The notes beneath the pieces were generated by a model, which had not been told where the DNA came from, searched no databases, and worked only from the letters and a program-made list of their open reading frames with translations. Below, one piece after another: positions 9,028 to 19,899 of a stretch of DNA of 64,000 nt. Within the stretch, counting starts at the first letter, position 1. Every line of letters begins with the position of its first letter. A program made the translations under genes and the position numbers. The stretch is from Candidatus Pacearchaeota archaeon (GTDB taxonomy: Archaea > Nanobdellota > Nanobdellia > UBA10117 > JAFCGI01). The stretch lies in the NCBI GenBank assembly GCA_017608235.1, contig JAFCGI010000001.1, positions 1,423 through 65,422 of the forward strand, in the 5' to 3' direction.

Positions 9028-10190
9028 AAAAAATATATTTGGATAATGGTGCAACTACTGCTGTAGACAGGGAAGTTATAGAAGCTATGTTGCCTTTTTT
9101 CTCTGAGAAGTTTGGTAATGCATCTTCAAGCCATAGTTATGGACGAGAAGCTAAAAAAGCACTTGAGAATTCAAGGAATATTATTGCAAAAAGTATTGGT
9201 GCTAAACCAAATGAGATAATTTTTACTTCTGGTGGCACAGAAGCTAATAACTTTGTGATTAAAGGTTTAGCATTTTCAAATAAAGATAGAGGCAAGCATA
9301 TCATAACAACTAAAGTAGAACATGATTGTATTCTTAATGCTTGTAAATGGTTAGAAACTCAAGGGTTTAAAGTCACATATCTAGATGTAGATAAAGAAGG
9401 ATTTGTAAATCCTGAATCGTTAAATGATGCTATAACTTCTGAAACTATTTTAGTTTCGGTGATTCATGGAAATAATGAGATTGGAACTATTCAAGATTTA
9501 GAAAAATTAGGAAAAATTTGTGAAACACGAGGAGTTTATTTTCATACTGATGCTTGTCAAAGTTATACAAAAACAAAATTAGACGTTAACAAACAACATC
9601 TTGATTTAGTAACCTTAAATTCTCATAAAATCCATGGTCCAAAAGGAGTTGGTGCACTTTATATTAGAAAAGGCATAAAAATTACTCCTATATTACATGG
9701 TGGTGGGCAAGAATTTAATTTAAGATCTGGAACAGATAATGTTTCTGGGGTTGTAGGATTTGCAAAAGCAGTTCAACTTGCAATGAATCCTAAACATATT
9801 AAAAAAATGACTATGCTAAGAGATGATCTTATTGAAGGAATATTAAAAATTCCTGATGTAATATTAAATGGTGCTAATGGAGATAAAAGGTTATGTAACA
9901 ATGTAAATGTGTCTTTTAAATATGTTGAGGGAGAGGCTATAGGTGGATATCTTGATGCTGAAGGAATCAGCTCTTCGACAGGATCTGCATGTTCTTCACC
10001 AAAATTAGAACCTAGTCATGTTTTGCTAGCAATAGGATTGAGTCCTGAAGATGCACATGGTAGTTTAAGACTTACACTCAGCAGATTTACAACTAAAGAA
10101 GAGATTGATAAAGTATTAGATTTGCTTCCTAAAATAATTAAAAAACTAAGGAAGATGTCTCCTCTTATGAAGTTTATAAAAAAATTATAG
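9015..10190 (+). CDS. iscS: Cysteine desulfurase (IscS/NifS, PLP-dependent)
   Basis: It has YLDNGATT, the PLP-lysine motif SHKIHGPKGVGALY, and the active-site SSTGSACSS. An alternative start MKKIYL lies at 9024. Confidence 0.9.
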   Translation: MFKMKKIYLDNGATTAVDREVIEAMLPFFSEKFGNASSSHSYGREAKKALENSRNIIAKSIGAKPNEIIFTSGGTEANNFVIKGLAFSNKDRGKHIITTKVEHDCILNACKWLETQGFKVTYLDVDKEGFVNPESLNDAITSETILVSVIHGNNEIGTIQDLEKLGKICETRGVYFHTDACQSYTKTKLDVNKQHLDLVTLNSHKIHGPKGVGALYIRKGIKITPILHGGGQEFNLRSGTDNVSGVVGFAKAVQLAMNPKHIKKMTMLRDDLIEGILKIPDVILNGANGDKRLCNNVNVSFKYVEGEAIGGYLDAEGISSSTGSACSSPKLEPSHVLLAIGLSPEDAHGSLRLTLSRFTTKEEIDKVLDLLPKIIKKLRKMSPLMKFIKKL

Positions 10191-10198
10191 GTGGTATT

Positions 10199-10567
10199 AT
10201 GTATTCTGAAAAAGTAATAAAAGAATTTAAAAATCCTAAAAATATGGGTGAGATAAAAGATGCAGATGGAATAGGTAAAATAGGTAATCCTGTTTGCGGA
10301 GATGTTATGCATGTCTATATTAAAGTTAAAAACAATAAAATTACTGATATAAAGTTCAAAACTTTTGGTTGTGTTGCTGCAATTGCTACTTCATCTGTAA
10401 TGACTAAATTAGTTAAGGGTAAAAGTATTGAAAAAGCTTTAAAATTAAATAATAATAACATAGCAAAAGCTTTGGATGGTTTGCCACCTATGAAATTACA
10501 TTGTTCTAATTTGGCTGCTGAAGCATTACACAAAGCAATTGAAAATTACAAGAAAACTAAAAAATAA
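10199..10567 (+). CDS. iscU: Fe-S cluster assembly scaffold IscU/NifU
   Basis: It has the IscU motifs GNPVCGDVM, FGCVAAIATSS, and LHCSNLAAEALHKAI. Confidence 0.9.
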   Translation: MYSEKVIKEFKNPKNMGEIKDADGIGKIGNPVCGDVMHVYIKVKNNKITDIKFKTFGCVAAIATSSVMTKLVKGKSIEKALKLNNNNIAKALDGLPPMKLHCSNLAAEALHKAIENYKKTKK

Positions 10568-11414
10568 GATCTAATGATTTCTTAAAAACAATCATGAAGA
10601 AATTTTGTCTGAAATTTTTTCTCCAAGAAAAATTTTTGAGTGTGTATGAAGTTAATTCTTTAAATTCTTCTGATAGCTCTTTTGGTTCGTAACATTTTTT
10701 TAGATAATTTATAAGTTTCTTTGCTTTTGGTTTTCTTTGTACTTTTGTAAATGGAATTATTACTGATAAAAGTTCAAGCTGATAATTTATTGCATTTTCT
10801 ATTTGTTCAAGTGTTTGCTTTTGTAATTTTGGTTTAATGCATTTCTTTTTGCTAAAATATAAATTATAGTAATCTTCCAAGATATAATCTGTAAATCCTT
10901 TATTTATTAATTCTAGATTTGCATAGATATCTTTGAGAACATAATTTGTGCTTTCTCCAATATTAGAATAGAAATTTATTATATTCTGCTTTGGTTGTCC
11001 TATCTTAAATAGCTCTTTTTTAAACTTATTAAATGCAAATATTGCAGCTTTTCTTATTTTATTATCTAAACTTTTGTTTGTTTGAACTATATGCATTAAT
11101 TCGTGCAGGAGAACTCCAATTAGTGCTTTTTTATTTGTTTTAAGATAGTTATCAAATTTACTTATATGTATTATAACATGATTGTTTTTTTTATATGTTA
11201 AAGACATAGATGTGGCTTCTTCTTTACATAATTTTTTGAATTCTTTTGCAGATTCTCCCTTAAGAGTTCCAGATGTTACTGGGCAAAATTTAATATTATC
11301 AATAACAAAGATATTTAGTTTTATTTTTTTAGGAATTTTAAGCAGAGATGTTGCTTTTTTTACAGCAGAACCAACAAATTCTTCATTAAAATCTCCTCTT
11401 ATAGTTAAATTCAT
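10557..11414 (-). CDS. Hypothetical protein with an HExxH motif (possible zinc metallopeptidase)
   Basis: The sequence LLHELMHIV is present. I recognise no other family signature. Confidence 0.35.
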   Translation of the reverse strand: MNLTIRGDFNEEFVGSAVKKATSLLKIPKKIKLNIFVIDNIKFCPVTSGTLKGESAKEFKKLCKEEATSMSLTYKKNNHVIIHISKFDNYLKTNKKALIGVLLHELMHIVQTNKSLDNKIRKAAIFAFNKFKKELFKIGQPKQNIINFYSNIGESTNYVLKDIYANLELINKGFTDYILEDYYNLYFSKKKCIKPKLQKQTLEQIENAINYQLELLSVIIPFTKVQRKPKAKKLINYLKKCYEPKELSEEFKELTSYTLKNFSWRKNFRQNFFMIVFKKSLDLIF

Positions 11415-11445
11415 ATTAAAATAAAAGAAATCATGAAATAAAAAA

Positions 11446-12165
11446 TTATGCTTGTGTTTCAGATAATATATGTTCTATAAGTAACTCATATTCTTCTTTT
11501 TCTAATTCTGGGTCACCGTTTTCTCCATCATATTCGTGTCCTGAGCCTACTCTGAAATATTTACAGCCAAATACAAATGTAGGAATTGTTCCTTGCGGAT
11601 TAAATTCTTTATATATTGCTAGTTCTGTATCTGGTATTTCATCCTCAATATCATCAGTTAATTCATTATCATTTTCATCTAGCTGCCAATGATATACTTT
11701 TATATCTCCATTATCTATATATGGTTGAATTGCTTCATGGAATGGAGTCTTAACCCAGTTACAATGCATACACCATGTTGTTGAAAATAATCTAACTATT
11801 GGTTTTCCATCACTAGTTTTACAAATCTCTGCATCTGGAATTTCTAAGAAAGGATTTCCTTGTTCTGTAGATATTCCTTCTATATTTATTGGTACTGCTT
11901 CTGCTGTTGCATCCCCTGTAATTTCATTATCTTCAAGATTACCTGAAGGAGTAGTATCTTGATTTTGTGTTTCTTCTGATTTAGAAAAAACATCTATGCC
12001 TAATCCAAATCCGCTAGTTACCAACGATAATACTAATAAAATTCCTAGAATCACTGATATTATTCTCCATAGCTTAAATTTGTCTATCTCTATTTTTGTT
12101 GATGATTTATGTATTTCTGTGTTTTTCTCTGAAACTTCTCCTTCATCGTGTTTGTGTTCATCCAT
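11446..12165 (-). CDS. Membrane-anchored thioredoxin-fold thiol-disulfide oxidoreductase
   Basis: It has an N-terminal TM helix (WRIISVILGILLVLSLV) and a redox CxxC in the sequence TTWCMHCNW. Confidence 0.55.
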   Translation of the reverse strand: MDEHKHDEGEVSEKNTEIHKSSTKIEIDKFKLWRIISVILGILLVLSLVTSGFGLGIDVFSKSEETQNQDTTPSGNLEDNEITGDATAEAVPINIEGISTEQGNPFLEIPDAEICKTSDGKPIVRLFSTTWCMHCNWVKTPFHEAIQPYIDNGDIKVYHWQLDENDNELTDDIEDEIPDTELAIYKEFNPQGTIPTFVFGCKYFRVGSGHEYDGENGDPELEKEEYELLIEHILSETQA

Positions 12166-12213
12166 GTTAAAAAAATTAAAAAATATTAAGTTTATATATG
12201 TTTTTATATTAAA

Positions 12214-13149
12214 CTAACTAATAAGTTTCTTTTTGTTTTGATAGTTTTTGATGAATTGGCAAGATCTGCAAGTTTCTTGGGATGTTGGCTCTCCACAAGC
12301 CTTGCAAATATTTATTTTTTTATTTTTGAATTGTGTTCTTATTAGTTTAGCTATTTCATCTCCTGCTTTCGTTATTGAAAATTCTGCAGAAGGTCTAAAT
12401 TTTAGAATATCATTCATTATTATATCTGTATTAAATCTTAGACTTCCTATTCTGCAAGCACAAGGTTTTGGGAAATGCTTGATTTTCTTTAATTTTACAT
12501 AAAGTTTGACTTCTCTTTCAGGAATGTTTCTTAAAATCTTTATTCTCTGGACAAATTCTCTTCTTTTTGGAAGAGATTTTGGTCCTAAATGAGTGAATGT
12601 TTTTAGTTCTCCTCTTAATAAATTCATTAAATATGATTGTGCTTCATCTGTCAGATTGTGACCTGTAGCTAGTTTTGTGGCCTTTATTTCTTTTGCTTTC
12701 TTATTTAGAATATTTCTTCTTAGTACACCACAAACAGAGCAAGGATTTCCTCCTGATTTAGCAAGAATTTTTCCTATGTCTTTAACATCAAGTCCAAATT
12801 CTTTCTTAAAACTTAGATGATAGAATTCTATCCCTAGATCTCTTGCTATTTGTTTTGCTATCTTATAACTTTGTTTTGCATCTTTATCTCCTCTGTTTAC
12901 ATATGCAGCAAATACTTTGATATTTCTTGGTTTAGCATACCTTGCGAGATAGTTTAGAGTTAATGCTGAATCTTTTCCTGCAGATAAAGCTACTAGTATC
13001 TTATCTTTTTTTGAAATTAATTTGTTTGTTCTTATAGTTTTGGATATTCTTCTTTCAATTATCTTACAGAAGCAGGAATTACATACTGTTTTTCCTAAAT
13101 AATCTAGTTTTATTTTTGCATTTGTGCTTTTACAATTTACGCAATCCAT
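12214..13149 (-). CDS. tRNA 2-thiolation ATP-pyrophosphatase of the TtuA/NcsA (TtcA) family
   Basis: It has a PP-loop (LVALSAGKDS) and N- and C-terminal CxxC Zn and Fe-S ligands (CVNC, CNSC, CSVCG, CKAC, CRSC). Confidence 0.8.
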   Translation of the reverse strand: MDCVNCKSTNAKIKLDYLGKTVCNSCFCKIIERRISKTIRTNKLISKKDKILVALSAGKDSALTLNYLARYAKPRNIKVFAAYVNRGDKDAKQSYKIAKQIARDLGIEFYHLSFKKEFGLDVKDIGKILAKSGGNPCSVCGVLRRNILNKKAKEIKATKLATGHNLTDEAQSYLMNLLRGELKTFTHLGPKSLPKRREFVQRIKILRNIPEREVKLYVKLKKIKHFPKPCACRIGSLRFNTDIIMNDILKFRPSAEFSITKAGDEIAKLIRTQFKNKKINICKACGEPTSQETCRSCQFIKNYQNKKKLIS

Positions 13150-13299
13150 TGTGATCTATGGATTTCTAGTGTTTATAAAATTAAGCTTTTAAATAAATAG
13201 CATTATTATGCACAAAAATTAAATATTTTTTAGAAAAAGTTAAAAATAGGCAGTATAATAGTGTAAAAATCAAAAAAAGACTTTTTGAGAGGTGTTAAA

Positions 13300-13734
13300 A
13301 TGGAAGATGAAGAAAATAAGCAAGAAGCTGTGCAAGAATCTGAAGAATCAAATGATATTGAAAAATCAAATGATACTGGAGAAAATTTAGATGAGGATAA
13401 TGGTTTGCCATTTCCTAGAGCAAGAGTTGTAAATATAATTAAAAATGAGATTGGAAGAGACAAACAAATCAGAAGCGAAGTGAAAGAAGCAATAAATATT
13501 TGGCTAGGAGATTTGCTAAAGAGAATAGCTAGAGAGATGGGAGATACTCAGTATGCATCTATAGGTATAGCTGATTTTCAGAGAGCAACTAAACCTTATG
13601 ACATGATTAATGATATTGTTAAGGATGAAGAAAGACTCATTTTAAGCACAGAGAAATTAAAGAGTGATTCAGATCATATTAGCAGAGAGCTAAAAAGATT
13701 TTTTGAAGTAATAACTGGTGAAAAAAGGGAATAA
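13300..13734 (+). CDS. Histone-fold DNA-binding protein (archaeal histone / NF-Y-like) with acidic N-terminal and C-terminal extensions
   Basis: The segment LPFPRARVVNIIKNEIGRDKQIRSEVKEAINIWLGDLLKRIAREMG aligns to archaeal HMf-type histones (LPIAPIGRIIK...). I set the start at the first ATG at 13300, because the ORF-track start is a TTG. Confidence 0.45.
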   Translation: MEDEENKQEAVQESEESNDIEKSNDTGENLDEDNGLPFPRARVVNIIKNEIGRDKQIRSEVKEAINIWLGDLLKRIAREMGDTQYASIGIADFQRATKPYDMINDIVKDEERLILSTEKLKSDSDHISRELKRFFEVITGEKRE

Positions 13735-13742
13735 TAAATACA

Positions 13743-16244
13743 GTGGCTATAAGAGCAAATATTGAAAATAAGGAAAAAATTTGCTTTTTTCCTTTAGATA
13801 TTGATTACGAGACTTTAAAGTCTGGTGAGGCTCAGATAAGAATATTTGGAGTAACTCGCGATAAGAAAAGGATTGCTGTTTTAGACAAAAAAGCATTACC
13901 TTATTTCTTAATTATGCCTAAGAAAGGAACCAATATTGATTATTTTCTTAAAAAATTAAAAACATTAGAAGTTAGAAGCGAAGCTAAATTAATTAAGATA
14001 AAAAATGTTATAATTGAAAGTAGGAATTATTTAGGAGAAAAAGTTTCTATAATCAAAGTATTTGTAAGCCATCCTTCACATATAAAATTGATAAGGAAGG
14101 TTGTACAAGATTTTAAGGAAGTTGAAGATACAAAAGAATTTGATATTAATTTTTATAAAAGATATTTATTGGATAGGGAAGTTGTTCCTTGTGTTTTTTG
14201 TTGTGTTGAAGGTAAAATTGTTAATAGGCAAGATTTAGATGTTGATATAGTTGTTGAGGCTAGTAAGATTAAGCAATATAGCCAGGATCTTGTATCTGAT
14301 CTTAAAATATTAGCTTTTGATATTGAAACTTTGTTCAAGGGTGCAGCTTCTAATGCTAAACATGATGCAATAATTATGTGTTCTTTTTATGGTAGGGGTT
14401 TAAAGAAAGTAATAACTTGGAAGAAATATAAAGATGCTCCATATTATATGAAGTTTGTTGATGGTGAGCTTGAATTAATTGAGGAATTTAAAAAAATAAT
14501 AAAAGAATATAAGCCAGATATTTTAGTAAGTTATAATGGGGACCAATTTGATCTTCCATATATTAGAGAACGCGCTGAAAAATATAAAATTAAATTAGAT
14601 CTTGGATTAGATTTCTCTGAAATAGATCTAAGAAGGAAAGGAATAGCCAGTGCTGCTAAGATAAAAGGTGTGGTGCATTTAGATATGTATGTGTTTATAC
14701 ATAATATTCTTAGAGAGAATCTTGATACTGAAAGGTATGACTTAGATTCTGTTTCTGCTGAGATTCTAGGATTAGATGCTAGAAAAAGATATTTTGATTT
14801 TAGAAAACTTAATGAGATTTGGAGTATCGGGCTGAAAGAAGATTTAGAAAATTTATCTGCATATAATTTAAGAGATTCTGAACTAACATATAAAATTTGT
14901 GAAAAAATACTCCCTACAGAATTGCAATTAGTTAAGCTAATTAGTTTGCCTTTATTTGACATAAATAGGCTAACATATGGTCAGCTTGTAGAATGGTTTT
15001 TGATGAATAATGCAAGTAAGACTGGTAAAATATCTCCCAACAGGCCTTGGTTAGAAATAATTAGAAAACGAAGAAAACATACATTTGAAGGTGGGTTTGT
15101 TAAGGAACCTAAACCTGGTTTTTATAAAAATATTTTTGTATTTGATTTTAGGAGCTTATATCCTAGTATTATAGCTTCACATAATATTGGCTTGGAATCT
15201 TTTAATTGTGAATGCTGTCAATATAAAGGTGGCTATAATCTAGAAGATAATAAAATTTGGTTTTGTTCAAAGAAAGAAGGATTTATTCCTGGATTGGTTA
15301 AGAGTATTATTGAGCGTAGAAGAAGAGTCAAGAGCATTTTAAATAAGACTAGTAAGTCTGATCCTTCATATGCAGTTTTAAATTCCAGACAATATAGCTT
15401 GAAAATATTAGCAAATTCTTTTTATGGTTATTTGGGATTTCCTGCGTCAAGATGGTATTCTTTAGACTGTGCTAGAGCAGTTACTTGGTTTGGGAGAAAA
15501 TATATACAAGAAGTAATAAAAGAGGCTGAGAAATTTGGTTTTAATGTGCTTTATGGTGATACTGATTCTATATTTTTGTTATTGGGAAATAAAAAAAAGA
15601 AAAATATTCCTGAGTTTTTGAAAATAATTAATTCTATATTACCTAGTCCTATGGAATTAGAATATCAAGGATTTTATTCTTCTGGAATCTTTATTGGAAA
15701 AAAAGGTGATAGAATTGGTGCCAAAAAAAGATATGCTCTTTTAGCAGAGGATGGAGATATTATTTTAAGAGGTGTTGAAGCCATAAGAGGGGATTGGTCT
15801 AAAATAGCAAAGGATACTCAGAGGCAAATTATTGAAATGGTGTTAAAAGATGGGGAGGCAAAAAGAGCTATAAAATATTTGCAAATGGTGATTAATAAAA
15901 TAGATAAACGAGATGTTAGTTTGGATGATCTTTCTATTAAAACTAAATTAACTAAAAATCTTAGCGAGTATAAATCTAGAGGACCACATGTTGCTGCCGC
16001 AAGCATAGCAAAAGATAAAGGTTATGATGTATTTGCAGGATTTGTTGTTGATTATATTGTGGGAGAAGGTGATGGAAAGATAGGTGACAAAGTTATACTT
16101 ACTGAAGATGCTGGTATTGAAGACTATGATAAAGAATATTATATAAATAATCAAATAATAAGATCTGTGTATAAGATCTTAGAAATTTTTGGATATACAG
16201 AAGAAAAACTTAAAGAAGGACAAACTACACTAAGTTCATGGTAA
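13743..16244 (+). CDS. polB: Family B DNA polymerase (PolB)
   Basis: Exo I is LAFDIETL and Exo II is YNGDQFDLPYI. Pol motif B is KILANSFYGYLG and motif C is VLYGDTDS. There is no intein. The apparent start is a GTG. Confidence 0.95.
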   Translation: MAIRANIENKEKICFFPLDIDYETLKSGEAQIRIFGVTRDKKRIAVLDKKALPYFLIMPKKGTNIDYFLKKLKTLEVRSEAKLIKIKNVIIESRNYLGEKVSIIKVFVSHPSHIKLIRKVVQDFKEVEDTKEFDINFYKRYLLDREVVPCVFCCVEGKIVNRQDLDVDIVVEASKIKQYSQDLVSDLKILAFDIETLFKGAASNAKHDAIIMCSFYGRGLKKVITWKKYKDAPYYMKFVDGELELIEEFKKIIKEYKPDILVSYNGDQFDLPYIRERAEKYKIKLDLGLDFSEIDLRRKGIASAAKIKGVVHLDMYVFIHNILRENLDTERYDLDSVSAEILGLDARKRYFDFRKLNEIWSIGLKEDLENLSAYNLRDSELTYKICEKILPTELQLVKLISLPLFDINRLTYGQLVEWFLMNNASKTGKISPNRPWLEIIRKRRKHTFEGGFVKEPKPGFYKNIFVFDFRSLYPSIIASHNIGLESFNCECCQYKGGYNLEDNKIWFCSKKEGFIPGLVKSIIERRRRVKSILNKTSKSDPSYAVLNSRQYSLKILANSFYGYLGFPASRWYSLDCARAVTWFGRKYIQEVIKEAEKFGFNVLYGDTDSIFLLLGNKKKKNIPEFLKIINSILPSPMELEYQGFYSSGIFIGKKGDRIGAKKRYALLAEDGDIILRGVEAIRGDWSKIAKDTQRQIIEMVLKDGEAKRAIKYLQMVINKIDKRDVSLDDLSIKTKLTKNLSEYKSRGPHVAAASIAKDKGYDVFAGFVVDYIVGEGDGKIGDKVILTEDAGIEDYDKEYYINNQIIRSVYKILEIFGYTEEKLKEGQTTLSSW

Positions 16245-16245
16245 A

Positions 16246-17133
16246 ATGAATAAAGAAATAATTGAAAAATACAAAAAAGCTGGAGAGATTGCTAAAGAAG
16301 TTAAGGTATTTGCTAAAAATTTAGTTAAAGAAAATGCCTCTGTTTTAGATATTGCAAATGCTATTGAAGCTAAAATTAAAGAGCTTGGTGGTGAGGTTGC
16401 ATTTCCCTTAAATATAAGCATAAATGAGGTTGCTGCACATTATGTTCCTAGTATTAATGATAAAAAAATATTACAAAAAGATGATTTAGTTAAAATAGAT
16501 ATTGGTGTGCATATTGATGGTTATATTGCAGATACTGCTATCTCTTTTTCTATTGGGGATAATTCTGAAAATAAAAAACTTATTTCTGCTGCAGAAGAAG
16601 GATTAAATGCTGCTATTAAATTAATTAAGCCTGGAGTTAGTGTTAGTGAAATTGGTAGTGTCATAAATGAGAAAATTAGTTCTGCTGGTTTTCAACCAAT
16701 AAGAAATCTTACAGGTCATAATTTAGATCAATATGAAATCCACTCTGGATTAACAATTCCTAACTATAATAATGGCAGTGATATTATATTAGAAGAAGGA
16801 GATGTTATTGCAATTGAGCCCTTTGCGACTAATGGTGCAGGAATTGTTGTTGAAGGGAGAAATGGTGGTTCATTTAGTCTTATAGAAAATGCTGTAGTTA
16901 GACAGGGAAGAGATATAATGAAACATATTCAGACAGAATACAAAACACTTCCTTTTGCAAAAAGATGGTTAGATGAGAAATTTGGATTGTTAAAAACAAA
17001 TTTATTCTTGAATAGTTGTGTTAGAAAAGAAATAATAAAAGAATATAAAATGCTAAAAGAGCAAAATAATGGAAAAGTTGCTCAAGCAGAGCATACAATT
17101 ATTGTTTTAGACAAACCTATTATCATAACCTAA
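16246..17133 (+). CDS. map: Methionine aminopeptidase type 2 (archaeal)
   Basis: It shows MetAP-2 signatures: the metal ligands DIGVHIDGYIAD, HNLDQYEIH, and AIEPF. Confidence 0.9.
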   Translation: MNKEIIEKYKKAGEIAKEVKVFAKNLVKENASVLDIANAIEAKIKELGGEVAFPLNISINEVAAHYVPSINDKKILQKDDLVKIDIGVHIDGYIADTAISFSIGDNSENKKLISAAEEGLNAAIKLIKPGVSVSEIGSVINEKISSAGFQPIRNLTGHNLDQYEIHSGLTIPNYNNGSDIILEEGDVIAIEPFATNGAGIVVEGRNGGSFSLIENAVVRQGRDIMKHIQTEYKTLPFAKRWLDEKFGLLKTNLFLNSCVRKEIIKEYKMLKEQNNGKVAQAEHTIIVLDKPIIIT

Positions 17134-17143
17134 AGTATAGATA

Positions 17144-19438
17144 TTAACCCATATATTCTGGTATATTTGTATGTGAGCCTTTTGCAGCTTGCATTGCTTT
17201 AGCATATCTTATGAGATCTTGTTTGCTAAGCGATGGTTTAATATTCTCTAAAGCCTCTTCAAAATTTTTCTTTGTAACTTCTTTTGAATTTATGTTATCT
17301 CTCAAAGCCATCATTGCTGCTTCCCTACATACTGCTTCTATGTCTGCTCCAGAATAATTTTCTGTTTTCTTAGCTAAATATTTTAGAGTTATTGACTTTG
17401 CTAAAGGCATTTCTTTTGTGTGTACTTTTAATATCTCTAATCTTGATTCTTCATTTGGAGGGATAGCCATTATATGCCTATCTAATCTTCCAGGACGCAA
17501 TAATGCTGGATCTACTAGTTCTGGACGGTTAGTTGCTGCAATTACTACTACATCATTTAATTCTTCTAAACCATCCATTTCTGTTAGTATTTGATTTACT
17601 ACTTTTTCTGTAACATTGCTTCCTGTATCTTGCCCCCTTGTTGATGCTATAGAATCTAGCTCATCAAAGAAAATTATTGCTGGTGATACTTGCCTTGCTT
17701 TTTTGAATATTTCTCTGATTGCTTTTTCTGATTCTCCAACCCATTTGCTAAAGATCTCTGGTCCTTTGACGTTGATGAAGTTTGCTTCTGATTCTGTAGC
17801 TACTGCTTTAGCTAGCAAAGTCTTACCACAGCCAGGAGGGCCATATAGTAAGATACCTCGAGGAGGTCTTATTCCCATTCTTTTGAATATTTCTGGTTTT
17901 TTAAGTGGCCATTCAACTGCTTCTATTAATTCTTGTTTTGGTTTATCCAAGCCGCCGATGTCTTGCCATTTAATTTTTGGTTTTTCAATTAATACTTCTC
18001 TCATTGCAGATGGTCTTACTAGCTTTAGTCCTTCTTTGAAATCTTGTTTTTTTACTTCTAATCTCTTTAGAATATCTTCTGATACTCTTTCTTCTTTTTC
18101 CTTATCTAGTTTAAATAAAGGCAAAACTCTTCTAAGTACACTCATTGCTGCTTCCTTAGTTAAACCTTCTATATCTGCACCTACAAAACCATGAGTGACT
18201 TCTGCTAATTCTTTTAGATTTACATCTTTAGCTATTGGCATATTTCTAGTATGGATTTTTAGAATTTCTAATCTAGATTTTTTATTTGGTACACCTATCT
18301 CAATTTCTCTATCGAATCTTCCACCACGTCTTAGAGCAGGATCTAATGCATTTTGTCTATTTGTGGCAGCGATTACTATTACTTTTCCACGAGATTTTAA
18401 GCCATCCATTAGTGCGAGCAGTTGAGCTACTACTCTTCTTTCTACTTCTCCATAAGATTCTTCCCTTTTTGGAGCAATTGCATCAATTTCATCAATGAAA
18501 ATTATTGATGGTGAAGTGTGTTCTGCTTCTTCAAAGATTTCTCTAAGTTTTTTTTCTGCTTCTCCAACAAACTTACTCATGATTTCTGGTCCGTTTAATA
18601 GAATAAAATTAGCGTTAGATTCTGTGGCTACTGCCTTTGCTAAAAGGGTTTTACCTGTTCCTGGTGGGCCAAATAGTAAAACTCCTTTCGGAGGTTGTAC
18701 ACCAAGTCTATCAAATATCTCTGGATGTTTTAATGGTATTTCAATCATTTCTCTGATTTTTTTGATTTCTTCATCTAATCCGCCAATATCTTCATAAGTT
18801 ACATCTGGAATTCTTTCTTCTTTTAGTTCAACTGCTTCTGATCTTACATCAATTCTTGTATCTTCTGTTATTAGTACAGCTTCTTTCGGATTTGTGGATA
18901 CAACTACAAATTTAATATCTGAAAATCCTAGTCCTGAGAATCCCATATCTTCTGACATCATATTAAATATCTCTTCAAATGGACTTCCAGAAAAAGTTCT
19001 TTGTCTTCTTCTAGCTCCGCCAAGAGATATTACATCACCTTTTACTATTGCTCTTCCTAGTAATGCTCTCTGAAATGTTGATGGATGAGCCTGAACCATT
19101 AAACCTTTTTGTGCTGGAGCAATTGTTATTGTTTTAGCAGGTTTAACTTCTGCTTTTTTTATTTTTATAAATTCACCAATACTTGTTTTAGCATTTCTTC
19201 TTGTAAGACCATCCATCCTGATAATAGATAATCCTACATCTGCTGGAAATGCACGGTCAACAATAGCTACTGTTTTTCTTTCACCTTCTATTTCTACAAT
19301 AGAACCAGCTTGAATTCCAACTTTTTTCATTAACTGAGAATCAATTCTAACAATTCCTTTGTTAACATCATCTTGAGCTGCTTCTGCAACTTTTAATCTT
19401 ATTTCTTTTGATTCTTTTTCTTTCATGAGTCTCACCAT
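17144..19438 (-). CDS. cdc48: CDC48/VCP-like AAA+ ATPase (double AAA domain)
   Basis: It has a Cdc48 N-domain and two Walker A motifs (GPPGTGKT and GPPGCGKT). Two SRH/arginine-finger regions are present. Confidence 0.95.
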   Translation of the reverse strand: MVRLMKEKESKEIRLKVAEAAQDDVNKGIVRIDSQLMKKVGIQAGSIVEIEGERKTVAIVDRAFPADVGLSIIRMDGLTRRNAKTSIGEFIKIKKAEVKPAKTITIAPAQKGLMVQAHPSTFQRALLGRAIVKGDVISLGGARRRQRTFSGSPFEEIFNMMSEDMGFSGLGFSDIKFVVVSTNPKEAVLITEDTRIDVRSEAVELKEERIPDVTYEDIGGLDEEIKKIREMIEIPLKHPEIFDRLGVQPPKGVLLFGPPGTGKTLLAKAVATESNANFILLNGPEIMSKFVGEAEKKLREIFEEAEHTSPSIIFIDEIDAIAPKREESYGEVERRVVAQLLALMDGLKSRGKVIVIAATNRQNALDPALRRGGRFDREIEIGVPNKKSRLEILKIHTRNMPIAKDVNLKELAEVTHGFVGADIEGLTKEAAMSVLRRVLPLFKLDKEKEERVSEDILKRLEVKKQDFKEGLKLVRPSAMREVLIEKPKIKWQDIGGLDKPKQELIEAVEWPLKKPEIFKRMGIRPPRGILLYGPPGCGKTLLAKAVATESEANFINVKGPEIFSKWVGESEKAIREIFKKARQVSPAIIFFDELDSIASTRGQDTGSNVTEKVVNQILTEMDGLEELNDVVVIAATNRPELVDPALLRPGRLDRHIMAIPPNEESRLEILKVHTKEMPLAKSITLKYLAKKTENYSGADIEAVCREAAMMALRDNINSKEVTKKNFEEALENIKPSLSKQDLIRYAKAMQAAKGSHTNIPEYMG

Positions 19439-19571
19439 TATCTCTATTTGATTTTTAAGGGTGTAAATACGGATAAATTTTTAAAGACTTACGAGTGGAA
19501 GTATGCAAAATTTAAAAAGAAAAAGAGTGGAAGTATAGAAAAATTGGATTTTTTGTGAATTTTTATAAAAA

Positions 19572-19811
19572 TTATTTTCTATTTGGAGCTCTTACTTTGG
19601 CAGTTACTAACATTTCTGGAGCTCTTTCCTTAGCATAATCATATGCCATATCTTCATAACCAAGTTCTAGAAGAAATCTGACTAAATCTTTAGCTGCTTC
19701 TTGATCTCTTTGTGCGCGTACTTTTCTCATATATTCTGCTTTCTTTTGTTTAACATAAGCTCTTTGATTATATTTGCGCATGTATTTTGCTTTGCTTTTA
19801 TTCTTAGCCAT
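19572..19811 (-). CDS. Small, highly basic hypothetical protein (79 aa)
   Basis: It has a Lys/Arg-rich N-terminal half. I found no recognisable family. Confidence 0.3.
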   Translation of the reverse strand: MAKNKSKAKYMRKYNQRAYVKQKKAEYMRKVRAQRDQEAAKDLVRFLLELGYEDMAYDYAKERAPEMLVTAKVRAPNRK

Positions 19812-19899
19812 ATTAAAAAAAACAATTATAAGATGCTTATAAGCTTTTTGATTATATATTTTGGAAAGATTTAATATTCTTTAGAAACTCCATAAAATT

